A stretch of DNA of 64,000 bases, taken from positions 310,001-374,000 of the forward strand of contig CBFDEM010000017.1 in assembly GCA_965603825.1 (NCBI GenBank). The letters run 5' to 3'. The DNA is from Blepharisma stoltei ATCC 30299. Its lineage: Eukaryota > Protista > Ciliophora. Under the pieces are notes generated by a model. That model was not told the origin of the DNA and made no database searches. It saw only the letters and a program-made list of their open reading frames with translations. Position numbers and translations under genes: made by a program. Positions 24,460 to 37,748 of this stretch are shown here, piece after piece. The first letter of the stretch is position 1; each line of letters starts with the position of its first letter.

Positions 24460-25336
24460 CTTAATTTTTTGTGTAAATCAATATATTTTTAGAAAATTTT
24501 ATTATGCATTTCTGAATATAATAATGTCTGATAAGCATAATATTGAGCTTAGTGAGTTTCTGCCTTTGATGTTATTTCATTTTGATTTGCCTAATTTTTT
24601 ACTAAATTTGGTTGATATTTAAATCATGCTTAGTGGCTAAAAAACACTTCGCCAGGAACAAAAGAAGTTATAGCAGCAGTTAAATTTACAGATAATTGTA
24701 CTTAAAATAATACAAATAAAAATATTATAAAAAGTTAAAATACGAAGGTGATTGTAATGCTGAACAATTGAAAACAGTGCCATTGCGATATAACTCAAAA
24801 AAAAATTTGATGTATTCTAAGCGTGGCATAGAAAACTTATATTTCATAAACGAAACGAAAAAAAATTAGTCTGAACCAGCATCATCTATGCTCATCTGAT
24901 TGCTATCCTTTATTTCTTCTAAATTGCTTGAATCATTGCCCCTTATCTGACTGTTTGAATTTTTATCTTCTAACATTTTGAATTCATCATATGCTGCTAA
25001 ATTTGCCAATGCTGCTTAGAATTTTTACATAAACAAATAAATGTTAAATTTATAGTTTTTCAATATAAAAAAGTTCTTGTTGCCATAAGAGGCTTTTGCT
25101 AAGAGTCATATTGTTTTTCTGGTGAATTTGCTTTCCATTATAAGTTGAGGAAATTATTACTAATCCATTTGATAATTGTTTGCATAATTTAACGAATTCT
25201 TTTATACACAGTGCGATGATATTATCATATCTAGCATTTAAATTCAAATTTATAATTATAAATCTTTTTATTTAAAATCCGGATAAATTTTTCTCTTAAG
25301 AATTATATTTTAGTTTGGCATAATCTTCTTCTTACA

Positions 25337-25762
25337 ATGAAAAAAGTAGTTCCATTTAATCTAAATTTAGAATCAAGAATCTACCCTCAATTCAAATCTC
25401 AAAGCAACCAAATTAAATCATATCGTAGAACCTCATCTACTATAATAGGCAACACAAATAAATCCTTACACAAAGTATCTCAATCCACCAATATCCCTAC
25501 CCCTTTAATAGAAGAAGATCCACGAGAAGAAATTGAAATAATAAAAGAAGAATTACAAGAGCGATTTGAACAACAAAAGAAACGTGAAGAAATGATGAAA
25601 GATTTGTATCCATCTGACAATGACTCTGTGCTAGTTACTGAAGAAATTTATATTGAATGTCCTGAACAGAAAAGTGAGGTAATCATAGAGCAAATAAAGG
25701 AGGATGATACTAGGTCTATTTTTATCTGCTGTAGGCAAATTATTAAGTGTTTATTTATGTAG
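25337..25762 (+). CDS. Hypothetical protein with Cys-containing hydrophobic C-terminus
   Basis: 141 aa ATG-to-TAG ORF ending ICCRQIIKCLFM (possible lipidation site). Confidence 0.6.
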   Translation: MKKVVPFNLNLESRIYPQFKSQSNQIKSYRRTSSTIIGNTNKSLHKVSQSTNIPTPLIEEDPREEIEIIKEELQERFEQQKKREEMMKDLYPSDNDSVLVTEEIYIECPEQKSEVIIEQIKEDDTRSIFICCRQIIKCLFM

Positions 25763-25890
25763 CATAAAGGATTATTAAAATTTTTCTCAATTTTTAAATT
25801 TAAATTCATAATTCTTAAAATCTAGATAAATTGCTAATCATTGAAAGTTCACTAATTTAGCAAGTTCTATTATATAAAATTTTATATTAA

Positions 25891-28800
25891 TTAAGAAATT
25901 CGTAATTTTTCCATCAAATATTTGGACTCTTGTGGGCCTGTGTGCAAAATTAAGTTTCTAAACAGCGAATTTTCAACTGAGGCAAGCTCCTTAGGACTGC
26001 CTCTTTCTTTGCAAGTCCCTTCCTCCATCATGATAATCATATCAACATCAATTATTGTCCTCAGCCTATGAGCGACAATAAGCATAGTGCTTTCAGCAAA
26101 CATGGTCTTTATTTTTTCATGGACGATTCTATCAGTTTTAGGGTCAACATTAGCAGTAGCTTCATCCATCATCACAATTTTACTATGTCTAATCAAAGCT
26201 CGAGCAAGGCAAACTAATTGTTTTTCTCCAGCAGATAAGCCGCACTCACTACCTGAGAGTACTGTGTTCAGCTTATCAGGCATTGCGTTAACTGCTTCAT
26301 AAATATCTGACTGCTTGCAAATATTTAAAATCTCTTCATCAGTGTGCTCATGGAATGGATCTATATTGTCTCTGAAACTGGCCATAAATATTATAGGGGA
26401 TTGAGGGATAACAGACATTTGTTTTCTTAACTGATGGAGGCCGACATTTCTGTAGTCTTGGTCATCTATTAGAATAGTTCCAGAAGCAGGATTGACAAGT
26501 CTGAATAGAACGTTCATTATTGAGGATTTTCCTGAGCCAGTTCTTCCTACGATTCCTACCTTTTGTCCAGCCTCTATTGTAATATTAAGATCACGAAGTG
26601 CATAAGGATAGCCTTCCCTATACCTCATACACAAATCCTGGAATTCAATTTTTCCATTTGTAATCTTAAATGGCTTTTCAGTATCAAACTCACCTTCAGG
26701 CTTCATATCAGCATACTCCATCAGTCTCTGTGGTGAAATCATTAAAATTTCTACTTCAATCATTGAATCACCCCATGAAGTGGTAGGCTGCATAGCTAGA
26801 ACTAAGAAGCAAATGCATAACCCTGCAAGATCTTCACTTATGAAATCTTTCCATGGAACAAGAATAAAGGCAGTCATCGCAGCTAGCAAAACAACAAAAA
26901 GCTCCATATAAAGTTGATAGAACCTGAAAGGAATGTCCCTGCTGAATTCACAGCGGAAATTCCACTCGAGGTTTTTCTTCATGTCTTTTAAGAATTTATT
27001 TTGCATTTGATGAGTTCTTATAGTAGCAATTCCATGCAAAGTAGCATTGGCAAGGCTTAAAATAGGGCTTTTTGACGCTAACGCATAAGCTCCAAGATCT
27101 TTGACTATTGGCAGTATTAGCTTAGAAAACCAGATCGCAACCAACAAGTAAATAAACACTAAACCTGCAGCAGGTGGCACAAGAATAGCAATAGAAATGA
27201 GAGTACCCCAAATATCGAAGGCTTGATTGACGAAATAATAAAACATTGTATGCAGCATTTCATCAATCATAAATGTATCTTTTGAAAACCTATTGATCAT
27301 TCTTCCAGTCTGATTTTTATCAAAGAAAACTGTTTCAGTTTTAACGATGCTTTCCAAAGCTTTATTATGCAGATTTTTCCCTGCTATAGTCATCGCATAA
27401 TTCAATGCCCAGCATCTCAAAAACGAGCACAAAAAGCAAACTCCTATGATCACAGCATAAAACCATACATAATAAGTATCCTCCTGCTCAGACTCTGACT
27501 GACTTGACCATATAGTAAGCCAATATAATACGAGTATACTAGAAACTTGTGTAACAACTAATAGCAGCATCATTGCTACAATAAGAATATTATATTTATA
27601 CCCATACATAAAAAACTGATGGTAAGTTTTCAATGTGATTGGAGGGAGGTCTTTTTCTTCTTCACTCAGTCCTGGTACTGCTTCTCCTTTGTCTGCTCCT
27701 TTTATATACACACTATAATCAATTTCTTTAGCATCTTCACTTTTGACTTTTTTCAGTTCTCCGATGAAGTCTCCTATGTCATCTCGCTCTTGGAATTCTT
27801 GATAAGTCCCGAAAAACAGCTGTTTTCCATGATTGAGGATTAAAAGTTTGTCAGCTTCTGATATAAGGTGAATTTGATGAGTGACTAATATGACTGTTTT
27901 ATTTTTCAAGTAATCTTTGATGCAGTTTTTGAAAATATATGAACTGACTTCGGAATCGACTGCACTTAAAGGATCATCAAGAAGGACGATATCTCTGCTA
28001 GAGTATAGTACTCGTGCCAGACTTATTCTAGCCTTTTGGCCTCCACTTAAAGTGATTCCATGGTCACCAATACTTGTTTCATCTTTATTTAAAAACTGGT
28101 CAAAATCTTTATCAAGCCTGCACAGCGTGACAATTTCTCTGTAGAGTTCTTCTTTATATTCGTTATCCATTATGATGTTTTCTCTTATAGTCCCTGACAG
28201 AATCCATGGCTCTTGTCCTGCATAAGAAATTTTTCCGTTAAGGTCCACCTTTCCGCTAACCAAAAATATCTCGTCGAGCAGCCCAAGCAATAGGCTGGTT
28301 TTGCCACTTCCTACTTGTCCTACAACAATCAATAGTTCTCCTTTTTTCAGCTTGAAATCTATCCCGCTGAGTACTTCTTTATCTTCTACATCTTTTTCTA
28401 TCAGCTCGTCTTCTTCTGTTAGTGCTTCTTTTTTTGATTTATAAGAAAAGCTAGCTTTTTCTACTGACACAGGATCTTCAGAGTCAGGATTTTGCTGGTT
28501 TTTCTCGTCAATTTTTTTCTCATCGGTCATTAGGATTTGTGTGAGCCTTTCGAATGATAATATAATTGTAGCTGCATTGTAGGCAGCAATGACACCTGTT
28601 TTGATTAACAGTGCATAAATAATGAACATGACGGCGACCACACAGAAGACTGAACTTACCTCAAGTTCATTACCTGAGTGGACATATAGCGCAAAGGTGA
28701 CTAACAAGACAATTCCGATCCCTGAAACTCCAAATGAGTTGTTGACTGCTGTTACGTCATACTCTTTATGAAGCTCAGAAATTTCCTTTTTTCTTTCCCC

Positions 28801-29658
28801 ATAAACTAGCCTTAAAAATGGTTCTTCCCATCCATAAAGCTTTACAACCCTGATTCCTTCTATTAGGTTTGTAATCATCATAATCCTTTTATCGCCATGT
28901 GCTGATGATTTCATTCTGTAGTAGCTGGATAAGCTAGACAATACGACTGCGATCGGGAACTGGAGAATTAAAATAGCTAAACCTATGATGCCAGGCCATC
29001 CCATAAGAATCCCAATAATCACAAAGGCACCTGCAAAAAGGAACGGGCACCCCATCACTATCGAAATCGTTGTAATTCCACTAAAGTACTCTAAATCTGA
29101 TGCAATTGTATTAGGCATTTTCCCTTTGAAGTCTTTTTGAGTAATCTCCTCATAAGAAGTATTGAGAACTTTTTTATAAATTATATATGGCACTATAGAT
29201 TTTACCTTGATTGTAAGCATTCTCAAATAAAAAGCCCCAAGTGCGAACAGTGAAACACCCAAAATGGCTGCCACAGCTAAGCATGCAGCAAGTCATAATC
29301 CTTCAGTGATCTCAGCGTCATCATCAGTGAAAAAGTTGATCAAGAAGATCATGATAACAGCCTGGACCAATCCTAAAGCTTGCCCAACATTTAAGATGAA
29401 GGTATGTTTGGTGAACTCCCACCATACTGTCCTTATTAAGGCTCTTAAAAGGCTTGGTTTTTCTTTTTTTGACTCTTTTTCCCATTCTTTTTCTAGTGCT
29501 AAAAGAGACTCTTCAAACTTAATCCGATCAGGAATTTTTAAGATGTTGTTTTGGCTCGGTTTGTTTTTGTTTCAGAAGCCAATAATGCTGTAGGCCCAGA
29601 ACATCCATAAATCGCTGATGAAGTTCCCTTGATCGTAGCCAAACTTTGGTTCTGCCAT
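25891..29658 (-). CDS. ABC transporter subfamily C (MRP-type, no TMD0)
   Basis: ATG 29658 is in frame via TGA=W. TMD-NBD-TMD-NBD layout with GQVGSGKT/LSGGQ/LLDDP and GRTGSGKS/LSAGE/MMDEAT. Confidence 0.95.
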
Positions 29659-30850
29659 TGTAAATAGTTATAAACGGATAGTTAATTACACTTAAACTTA
29701 TGATAGGAATAAAAATATATACCAAGGATAGTGAGGAAAATTTGAAAATACATAAGGATTGGTGAAGAAACTTTGTTTAGGGTATTAATTTAATGTTCCC
29801 AATAAAAAATAGTGAACAGATCATATTTTAAGAACATAATTAAAATTTTTAAGACTAATTTAACTTTCAATTACTTGGAAGTTACTCAAGCTGCTTTTAA
29901 CATAGTTTCATTGTGGCAGCATAATAGAAGGATAATCTTTTAATTTTTGAATCTTAGCTCGTTTGTGGCGTGATATAATGACTTTTTTTCGTTATTTTAT
30001 TACTCTCTCGTTCAATAAAATAATGAGATTCTGTAACAAACTTTTCTTAGGCAAATTATAGCAATTAATATTAAGCCAAAAAATCATCACTAATTATTTA
30101 TTAGGCCTAGACTAATACAACTCTTATAAGCTTTTTATTAACCAATCTAAGCCCAAAAAATCACTAAATGAGATTTAGTAGGATATTTGATTTTTCTGTC
30201 ATGCTCAAATAATGACTAATAGTTCTCTACTATTATTTTATATTTAAAGCCTCAGCATTCACTTTAAATTGGAATTTCATTTTGGAAGAATATGCTCATA
30301 AAACATAAAGACAAATCTAATTCGGTAGGCACAGTTAATTAAAAAAATAAAGGCAGGTTGTTAAGCCATCTGAATTTATAAGAATAAAAACCTTTATTAT
30401 CTATCAATATACATAAAATTCTGCACAGCATATTACGATAGAAATCGGTAAAGAGATTATTTAAGATAAACGACTATTGTAACATACCGCTTTTATAAAT
30501 TTTTGACACCAATGATTTTGAGGAATGATCCAAACCTTCTATATAGCATATTTTGCTTCGCTCTACCTTATATTAACTTATTTATGTTTTTTAGCAATTT
30601 TCTCATTTTCCATATAGAAAAAATGATAAATCTCTTAATCTTCCATACTACCCCTATTTTATTAGAGATATACAATATATTTTTAGAAGGAAGCTGTCTT
30701 AAAAGCATATTTAAGCCGACTTGGTAGTATCGGCGAGAGATTGATTTGATAAAAGGGGAAAAAAGGCACTCTCCTTTCTCTTCCAGCAATCAAGCTAAAT
30801 AACTTGACTATTAAAAGCCACAAATTTATAATTTGATAAATCTAATTATC

Positions 30851-31741
30851 TTAATATGTGTATGGATTTCCATCAGCAAATCCATCAACATCCACAATAT
30901 AATATTGCCCAACCATCCCTTTGAATTGCTCATCTATAAACGTCTTTATTCCAGTCTTCCAATTCCAAAATGCCGTTAGCCACCCTTTCATCTCAATAAT
31001 AGTTTCCATTCTAAACAACCTAAATACTTTTAATTCTTCATCAAATTCTCCATACACTGGCTTGCCTTTCTTATCAAGCACTACAAGTTTGCAGGAACTG
31101 ACTATCCCAGCATCAATTGCTTTGATTCTTAAAGGATACCATTGGAATAAAGTTGCTAACTCTTCTAGCTTGTCTTGGTATTGTGAAGGATCTGAGGCAT
31201 TTAATGCTTTTAGATCTAAGTCATTAAACTTTGAAAAATCTTTTGGAGGAGATTTGGGGTTTCTTGTTCTGAAAAAGACACCAACTGGGGCTTTTGAGAC
31301 AGGGTCAATTAAAGGCTGCTGATAATAGCTTTTTTCAGACAAATTTAAATTTCTGTATGGGGTTACACCTCCAGAAAAGTAGCTGACACCTATAATTTTT
31401 ACTGCTGCATCATCAGAATTTCCTATTTTTTGGAATGTGTAGCCTAGTTTCTTATATTTTTCACATATTTCTTTAAGTTTAATAAAAAAATTGTGCTCTG
31501 TCATATCTTCAAGTTCTGCATATTTTCCTTCCACTAATAGAGTCATAAAAGAGTCATGCGCCAATTTAATCCCTTCAACATCGCTTGGCCTGTAAAGGTA
31601 ATCCTTAACTTTAACATCTTCGAGATTTGGGATATTTTTATGATACTTTATAGGGAAATCAGAAAAATCATCAATTGCGTAATTCACATCAAAAACTTTG
31701 GATTTTGCTGTTGATGATAATCTGCTTAATATTTTTATCAT
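30851..31741 (-). CDS. Hypothetical protein, possibly mitochondrion-targeted
   Basis: 296 aa uninterrupted ORF with a basic, Ser-rich N-terminus (MIKILSRLSSTAKSK). Confidence 0.75.
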   Translation of the reverse strand: MIKILSRLSSTAKSKVFDVNYAIDDFSDFPIKYHKNIPNLEDVKVKDYLYRPSDVEGIKLAHDSFMTLLVEGKYAELEDMTEHNFFIKLKEICEKYKKLGYTFQKIGNSDDAAVKIIGVSYFSGGVTPYRNLNLSEKSYYQQPLIDPVSKAPVGVFFRTRNPKSPPKDFSKFNDLDLKALNASDPSQYQDKLEELATLFQWYPLRIKAIDAGIVSSCKLVVLDKKGKPVYGEFDEELKVFRLFRMETIIEMKGWLTAFWNWKTGIKTFIDEQFKGMVGQYYIVDVDGFADGNPYTY

Positions 31742-31926
31742 TAAAAGATTATGACATAATATTTATCTGACAATTTATATATTTTGAAATTAACCTATCT
31801 CTCCAATTTCAAAAATTTCCAAATCAGCCCCCATAGTCTCCTAAATTTTCTTTTTTAATGCTCTTCACCCACATAAACCGTTTTATCTGCCAAATTTTCC
31901 TATGTTTTTTATTATATTCCATTTAA

Positions 31927-33129
31927 ATGCAAAGAGACTCAGACATCAGTAAACTCAGGACAGTGTTCACCCTCAGCCAAGGAGGTTCCCGACCAGGTCA
32001 TCGTCGTGGATTGAAATCTCAAGGCTGCATCCAATCTGATCCACACAAAGAAAAAGAAACGACTCATGAAGTCCCATCCCCTACAATCAACAAGCATTAT
32101 TTTAATTTTCTTTATCCGATTGGAAAAGGAGGCTTCGGCCGTGTATGAAAAGTTGAATTAAAAAAAGTCAAACGGCTTTTTGCGATGAAAGCTATGAGCA
32201 AGCTCAGAATCGTTTCCAAAAGGAGTGTGCATTCAGTTATGAATGAAAGAAAAATTCTCTCAGTTCTGAGACACCCTCTTATTGTAAATATGCAGTTTGC
32301 CTTCCAGGACAGAGAAAACTTGTATTTAGTGATGGATTTGATGCCCGGCGGAGACCTGAGGTATCATCTTGGGAAAGTTAGAAGATTTAGCGAGGAACAG
32401 ACCAGGTTTTTTGTTGCTTGTATAGTCGCAGGGCTAGATTATATACATGCTAATGGCATTATACATAGAGATATTAAGCCGGAAAATTTGGTGCTGGATA
32501 GCAAAGGATATGTGAGGATAACAGACTTTGGGATCGCAAGGGTGTTTAACCCAGAAAACTCTCAAGATACTTCAGGAACACCTGGATATATGGCCCCTGA
32601 AGTCATGTGTAGAATGAACCACAGCTATGTTGCGGATTATTTTGCCTTAGGTGTTATAGTATATGAGTTCATGATGGGAAGAAGGCCTTACAATGGAAAA
32701 AACAGAAAAGAAATCAGAGACCAAATCCTAGCAAGACAAGTACAAATCAAAAGACAAGAAGTCCCTGAAGGCTGGTCTCTCGAAGCTGCTGATTTTGCTA
32801 ATAAGCTCCTTATGAGGAAAGCTGATAACAGGCTAGGAGCAAAAGGTGCAAAAGAAGTTAAATCCCACCCTTGGCTTCAAGAGTTCCCTTGGAAACAGCT
32901 TAAAGAAAAAACTCTAGAAGCTCCTTTTAGGCTAACAACTGAAGACAACTTTGACCCCAGAGTAGGCGGTGAATGAAAAGACGAAATTGACCCTATGATT
33001 GAACAAGATTCGATTCAAACTTTGTTTTCAGGCTATTTCTTTGATTTCAGAATGGCAGCGTCTAAAGTAGCTGATAGCACACAGGAATATCGAAAATTTT
33101 CCTTGTCGTCAACGCTTAGTTGTATTTAA
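31927..33129 (+). CDS. AGC-group Ser/Thr protein kinase
   Basis: GKGGFGRV-W(TGA)-KV, HRDIKPEN, TDFG, GTPGYMAPE. AGC tail NFD...FSGYFF follows TGA 32974-32976. Stop TAA 33127-33129. Confidence 0.92.
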
Positions 33130-33152
33130 GCAATAAAATTTTAAAATTAAAA

Positions 33153-33995
33153 ATGTCGGAGCATTGTATCCAACTTTCTCACAGATTTAGGCGACCATGG
33201 TATATGGTTGCCAGAGCATACCTTGCGAAGTATCCACACAGAAAATTGTCACATATAGAGTATATTGATACTTTGGAAAGGTATGTAGATGAGGAAGGGA
33301 GGTTAATAACTACGAGAGTCCTGGTGAGTTCTTTCATGAAGTTTTCATCAATTATTGGGCTTGAAAGATCAGCAGTAGATTTGGAAAGGCAGGAATTGAA
33401 TTTAGCCACAGATAATATCACACATAGGCAGCTTTCAAAGGTAAATGAGGTCTGCAAATATACAGTGGGAGAAGATAATACTACTCATTATGCCGTACAG
33501 TGGACACTCGTGCCGGACTGACGAGTCGAGTTTCTAGCTAAAAAGGTAATAAGAGAAGCAAAGTACAATTTTAATAAGGGAGTAAGGATCTTAGAAGACA
33601 TCATGCGCACGAAATTTAATATTCCATTATTTGATTCGCCACAGAGTTTTGTTGAAATATGGAACGAAGTGAACATGAGGAAAAAATTCAAACTTCTTAA
33701 AAAATCAGTATCTGAAGTAGATTATTTTAAAAATATTGATGGTAAGACTTTTGCTGAAGTTATCAAAGTGCTAGCGCATCATAAGGAAGAGGTGGATACG
33801 GCTTTTAAATACATGAAGGCATTTTCAGAAAGCCAGGAGGTGGATAAAATCATTGATTTCATGAGTTTAAAAGAGAAAAAAGATCTTGAAGAGCTCTTAA
33901 ATGTGATAAAGGAAAGACATGAAAAAGCCATAGGGCCAGAGCCTTTTGAAGAGCTCTATATTAAGTTTGGCTTATTAGAACTTAATAAGATCTAA
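33153..33995 (+). CDS. PRELI/MSF1 (Ups-like) lipid-transfer domain protein, copy 1
   Basis: H.F..PW..V..AY..KYP, DTLERYVDEEG.L.T.R. One TGA at 33519-33521. 843 nt, the same length as copy 2. Confidence 0.88.
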
Positions 33996-34172
33996 TTTCA
34001 ACTCATCTTTGAGGGAGCTTATTGATGAGCATTTATTCAAATATATTGCAAAGCTTAATAAAATATATAATATAGTCGATAGCCTTCTAATGTAAGCATA
34101 CTTGTATAGGTATTATTATTTTCCATTTATCACAATTCATTGATGTTTTTATCTTCATAATTTTTATAAAAT

Positions 34173-35015
34173 ATGTCTGAGAACACTATCCAGCTTTCTC
34201 ATACATTTAAGCAGCCATGGTGCATGGTCGCTAGAGCTTATCTCGCCAAATACCCTCACAGAAAACTCTCCCATGTTGAATCTGTGGATACTTTAGAAAG
34301 ATATGTCGACGAAGAAGGCAGGCTCATAACAACCAGGATTCTTGCAAGCTCTTTTATGAAATTTTCATCCGTCTTTGGCTTTGAAAGGTCAATCATCGAC
34401 CCTCACAAACAATCGATAACTTTACTGACAAATAATCTCACTCACAGACAATTTTCAACGTCACGAGAAGTCTGCACTTACTCAGTAGGGGAAAACAATA
34501 CAACAAATTACGTTTTGCAGTCCACAGTCATACCTGCAATCGGTCTAGGCTTTCTAGTAGGAAAACTTATGAATGTAGTGAGAGGAAACTTTACCAAAGG
34601 GACTAAAGTTTTAGAAGATATCATGCATACAAAGTTTAATACGCCTATTTTTGATTCAGCACAGTCTTTTACTGAGAAATGGAACCAAGTAAGCATGAAG
34701 AAGAAGTTTAAACTGCTGAAGAAGTCAGTGGCAGAAATCGAGTATTTCAAGAATATCGATGGAAGTACCTTTAATGAGATTGTCAAGGTCTTGTCGAGCC
34801 ATAGAGATGACATTGACGTCGCTTATAAGTACATTAAGGCTTTTTCAGAAAACCAGTGCATTGATAAAGTCATAGATTTTATGACGCTCAAAGATAAAAA
34901 AGTGCTGGAAGATTTGATTAACGCCATTAAGAGGGCTTATGAAAAAACTATGGGATCTGAGCTCTTTGACCAACTTTTGGTTAAGTTTCGATTAGCAGAA
35001 CTTAATAAACTTTAA
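34173..35015 (+). CDS. PRELI/MSF1 domain protein, copy 2
   Basis: Uninterrupted 280 aa paralog of 33153..33995. Confidence 0.9.
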   Translation: MSENTIQLSHTFKQPWCMVARAYLAKYPHRKLSHVESVDTLERYVDEEGRLITTRILASSFMKFSSVFGFERSIIDPHKQSITLLTNNLTHRQFSTSREVCTYSVGENNTTNYVLQSTVIPAIGLGFLVGKLMNVVRGNFTKGTKVLEDIMHTKFNTPIFDSAQSFTEKWNQVSMKKKFKLLKKSVAEIEYFKNIDGSTFNEIVKVLSSHRDDIDVAYKYIKAFSENQCIDKVIDFMTLKDKKVLEDLINAIKRAYEKTMGSELFDQLLVKFRLAELNKL

Positions 35016-35202
35016 TTATGGCACATCGTGCAAAGTATTAATTTCTGTAAGAGGATTTTGCATAAGTTTATTTTAATGAAATTTGGATAAATATTAATAA
35101 ATTATAGTTATTTTGCTATTTGAAAAATATTTTAAATTGAAAATGAGGCAATTACCTTAGCATTTCCTATCATAATCAGTAATTAATAATAGAAGCTAGC
35201 TC

Positions 35203-36417
35203 TTAATCTAGATTTTCAAGTTCCTCCCACCTTCTTTTATTGTCTTCAATAGTATCTATATGAATTTGCGCTTCAGGTATATAAGTTGCTACAACTTTCC
35301 AGAGTGGATAAATCAGTTTTTCTATAAAGCCCAGCTGATTTTTTTTAATTCCAGCAACATCATTTCCAACCCTCAAATACTCAGACACCGGAAGACCTTT
35401 CTGTTCTTCAGTAAGCACTTGTTTATTAAATTCCTGAATAATCCTCAGAGAATAAACAGTCGCAATATCAAATCTTAATGTAGGATTCCCTACATCTGCA
35501 GAATGTAATAGCCCATCCATTACAGCTTGCCTATGATCTGCGTTTTCCCTATCAAAATTCTTCATAACTCCTTCGAAGTTGGCGATTACTTGAAAATGTT
35601 TAGCCATATCTGTCGCCAAAATCGTCGGGATTATCTGTCTTCTCATATAATTCCTATCTTGAAGTGGGAGGCTTTCCAGAATATCGCAACCAGAAAGCTC
35701 GAGAAAATGAATTAGCGTTGATGCGTGGTAATTTTCCAGCACAGAAATATCGTTATAGCGAACAGCAAGCTGGTGTCTTGTATTTATCATATAAGCATTT
35801 GTTACTCCAGGGTGATTTAAGTCATGCCCTAACGCTGAAACTAGAAGAGCAAGCCTATCTTTATGTTCTAAAAACGCTTGTAGTTTGTTAGCTCTTTCAC
35901 TTATGCTGAATAGCATTTGGGTGACTGCAAAAGCATGTGTGAAATTATGGAATGGATTATCGTTGTAGTTTTCTGACAAAGCAAAAATAAATCTTTGGAG
36001 CTTTGAAATGTCAATATTGAACAGTGGGATAAAATCTGAATATATATGCAAAAGACAGTTTCTTAACTCGTCTTTTGACTTGTCAAAAGGTAAAAAGTCT
36101 TTGTTTCTCAAAGTTTCTAATTTATGCTGGTCTGGAATGAATGGATTTGCATCAGAATATGGGAAATTTTCTATCATAGAGAAATATAAGGGATTTATGA
36201 TATCATTGTGGATTGTTGCAAGCCATTCTTCACGCTTGGCTGATTCGACTGTGTGAAGATTGCTTAAAGTTTGCAAAAGGAATTGGAGTTCTGCAGGTGA
36301 TGGAGAGTTTTGGACTTGAGAAGCAAGCTCACCTATTTTGTTTATAATTCTGACGTCTTGCTCAGACAAAGAAGTCACTTCTTGAGCGTCCTTTGCACCA
36401 GAAAATTTACACCCCAT
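35203..36417 (-). CDS. Class I cyclic-nucleotide phosphodiesterase with MGC acylation motif
   Basis: NPFHNFTHA, HDLNHPG, LENYH, ATDM and HSADVGN motifs. Confidence 0.93.
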   Translation of the reverse strand: MGCKFSGAKDAQEVTSLSEQDVRIINKIGELASQVQNSPSPAELQFLLQTLSNLHTVESAKREEWLATIHNDIINPLYFSMIENFPYSDANPFIPDQHKLETLRNKDFLPFDKSKDELRNCLLHIYSDFIPLFNIDISKLQRFIFALSENYNDNPFHNFTHAFAVTQMLFSISERANKLQAFLEHKDRLALLVSALGHDLNHPGVTNAYMINTRHQLAVRYNDISVLENYHASTLIHFLELSGCDILESLPLQDRNYMRRQIIPTILATDMAKHFQVIANFEGVMKNFDRENADHRQAVMDGLLHSADVGNPTLRFDIATVYSLRIIQEFNKQVLTEEQKGLPVSEYLRVGNDVAGIKKNQLGFIEKLIYPLWKVVATYIPEAQIHIDTIEDNKRRWEELENLD

Positions 36418-37748
36418 TTATTATTACAGTTTTTGTCTTTTTATTTTTGCTTTAAAGAAATGGGTTTCAAAAAAATAAAATAAAGCTGATATTTTCAATT
36501 TATATTTAATTCATAATTGCAATATTTAAAGCATACTAATAAGCTTAATATACGAAAAGTATTGGAATAAGTAACGATTAAAGCTGGAAATTGGGAATAT
36601 TTTTAATGTGACTCAAAAGAAAAGGCCTTCTATCGATTTTGGATAAGTTCCTTTGAGTAGATTTTATCAGCCATTTATATGAAGCTAATTCATGGGATTT
36701 TTTTAAAAATTCTTTAGAATTAGTTATTTCTTCTGAAAATCTGATTATAAAAATTATTTAAGAATTTCGATAGAATGAATTGTAAAAATGTGCTTCGGAT
36801 ATGATGGTAAATTAAATTTCAAAAATATTACAGTATATGAATACTTATATACTTGAGCCCCATCTGCTGCGCTTTTAAATCAAGCTTAAGCTCAACTCAT
36901 GTGATGGCATTTTAATTTTTATGGCAGCTCATATTAAGCAAAGGCATAAAATGGCATCAAGAAGAGAACTCTGTCAGTCAATTTTGAAAAATTCAAAATT
37001 GAAAGGCCTAATCCAAGATATTTTTCTATAGTCTGATTATAAACTTTAAAAATTACTGCTATGAAAAAGTAGCGCAGTTTAAGAACAACTGATCTGGAAA
37101 ATTGCAATTTTCTAAAAAGATATTAAAGGATTAAAAGCAATTAAACACTGAAAATAATATCACCAGCATATTATAATACAATGATAATTTCGTTTGCATG
37201 ATTTTCGTAAAGTTTAAAACAAAGTTTTTCAGGGCCGGTAGTTCAGGCGTGACAAGAATTACTAATTTGGATCTTCATCTAATATTATTATTTTAAGAAT
37301 TGATGAACTTTTGATAGTGCCTTTTATCAGGACATTGCAAAGGAAATTTTTACATTGAAACTGCAAAAAAATTCACAATTCGACTCTGCTATCAATAATA
37401 TCATAGATAGAATTCAGAATATCAGAGGATTATTATTGAAAAGCTGTGATAAGCATCACTTATTATTTTACGGAAAATCTGAAAAGCTAATTTAATTTAA
37501 ATTTAATCAAATTAGATTAACAATCAAAAAAGATAAATGGATAAAAATACTCAAATATTGATTATATGTAAAGCAAATATTCATTAATATATAAAAGAAT
37601 ATGAATAAAAATCGTTTGCTAAAAAATTCAACTAGCTATAGTTCTAAAAAGCAAAATGTCAGCCAGAATTAAAAATTTGAAAATCTGGCTAAATTTTAGG
37701 GATTTAATTAAGATTTTTAATAAAAAGAATTAAAAAATACCAATTAGA

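Noticed and set aside
24866-25140. Coding-looking minus-strand fragments (MESKFTRKTI... and AALANLAAYDEFKML...DAGSD*)
   Set aside because: I could not join them with a consensus micro-intron or a TA excision. Possibly an eroded gene; unresolved.
37232-37260. GGGCCGGTAGTTCAGGCG resembles a tRNA 5' end
   Set aside because: No T-loop GTTCRA and no complementary acceptor strand downstream.
37661-37690. AGCCAGA...TCTGGCT 7 bp inverted repeat upstream of the K+ channel
   Set aside because: Too short to distinguish from chance.
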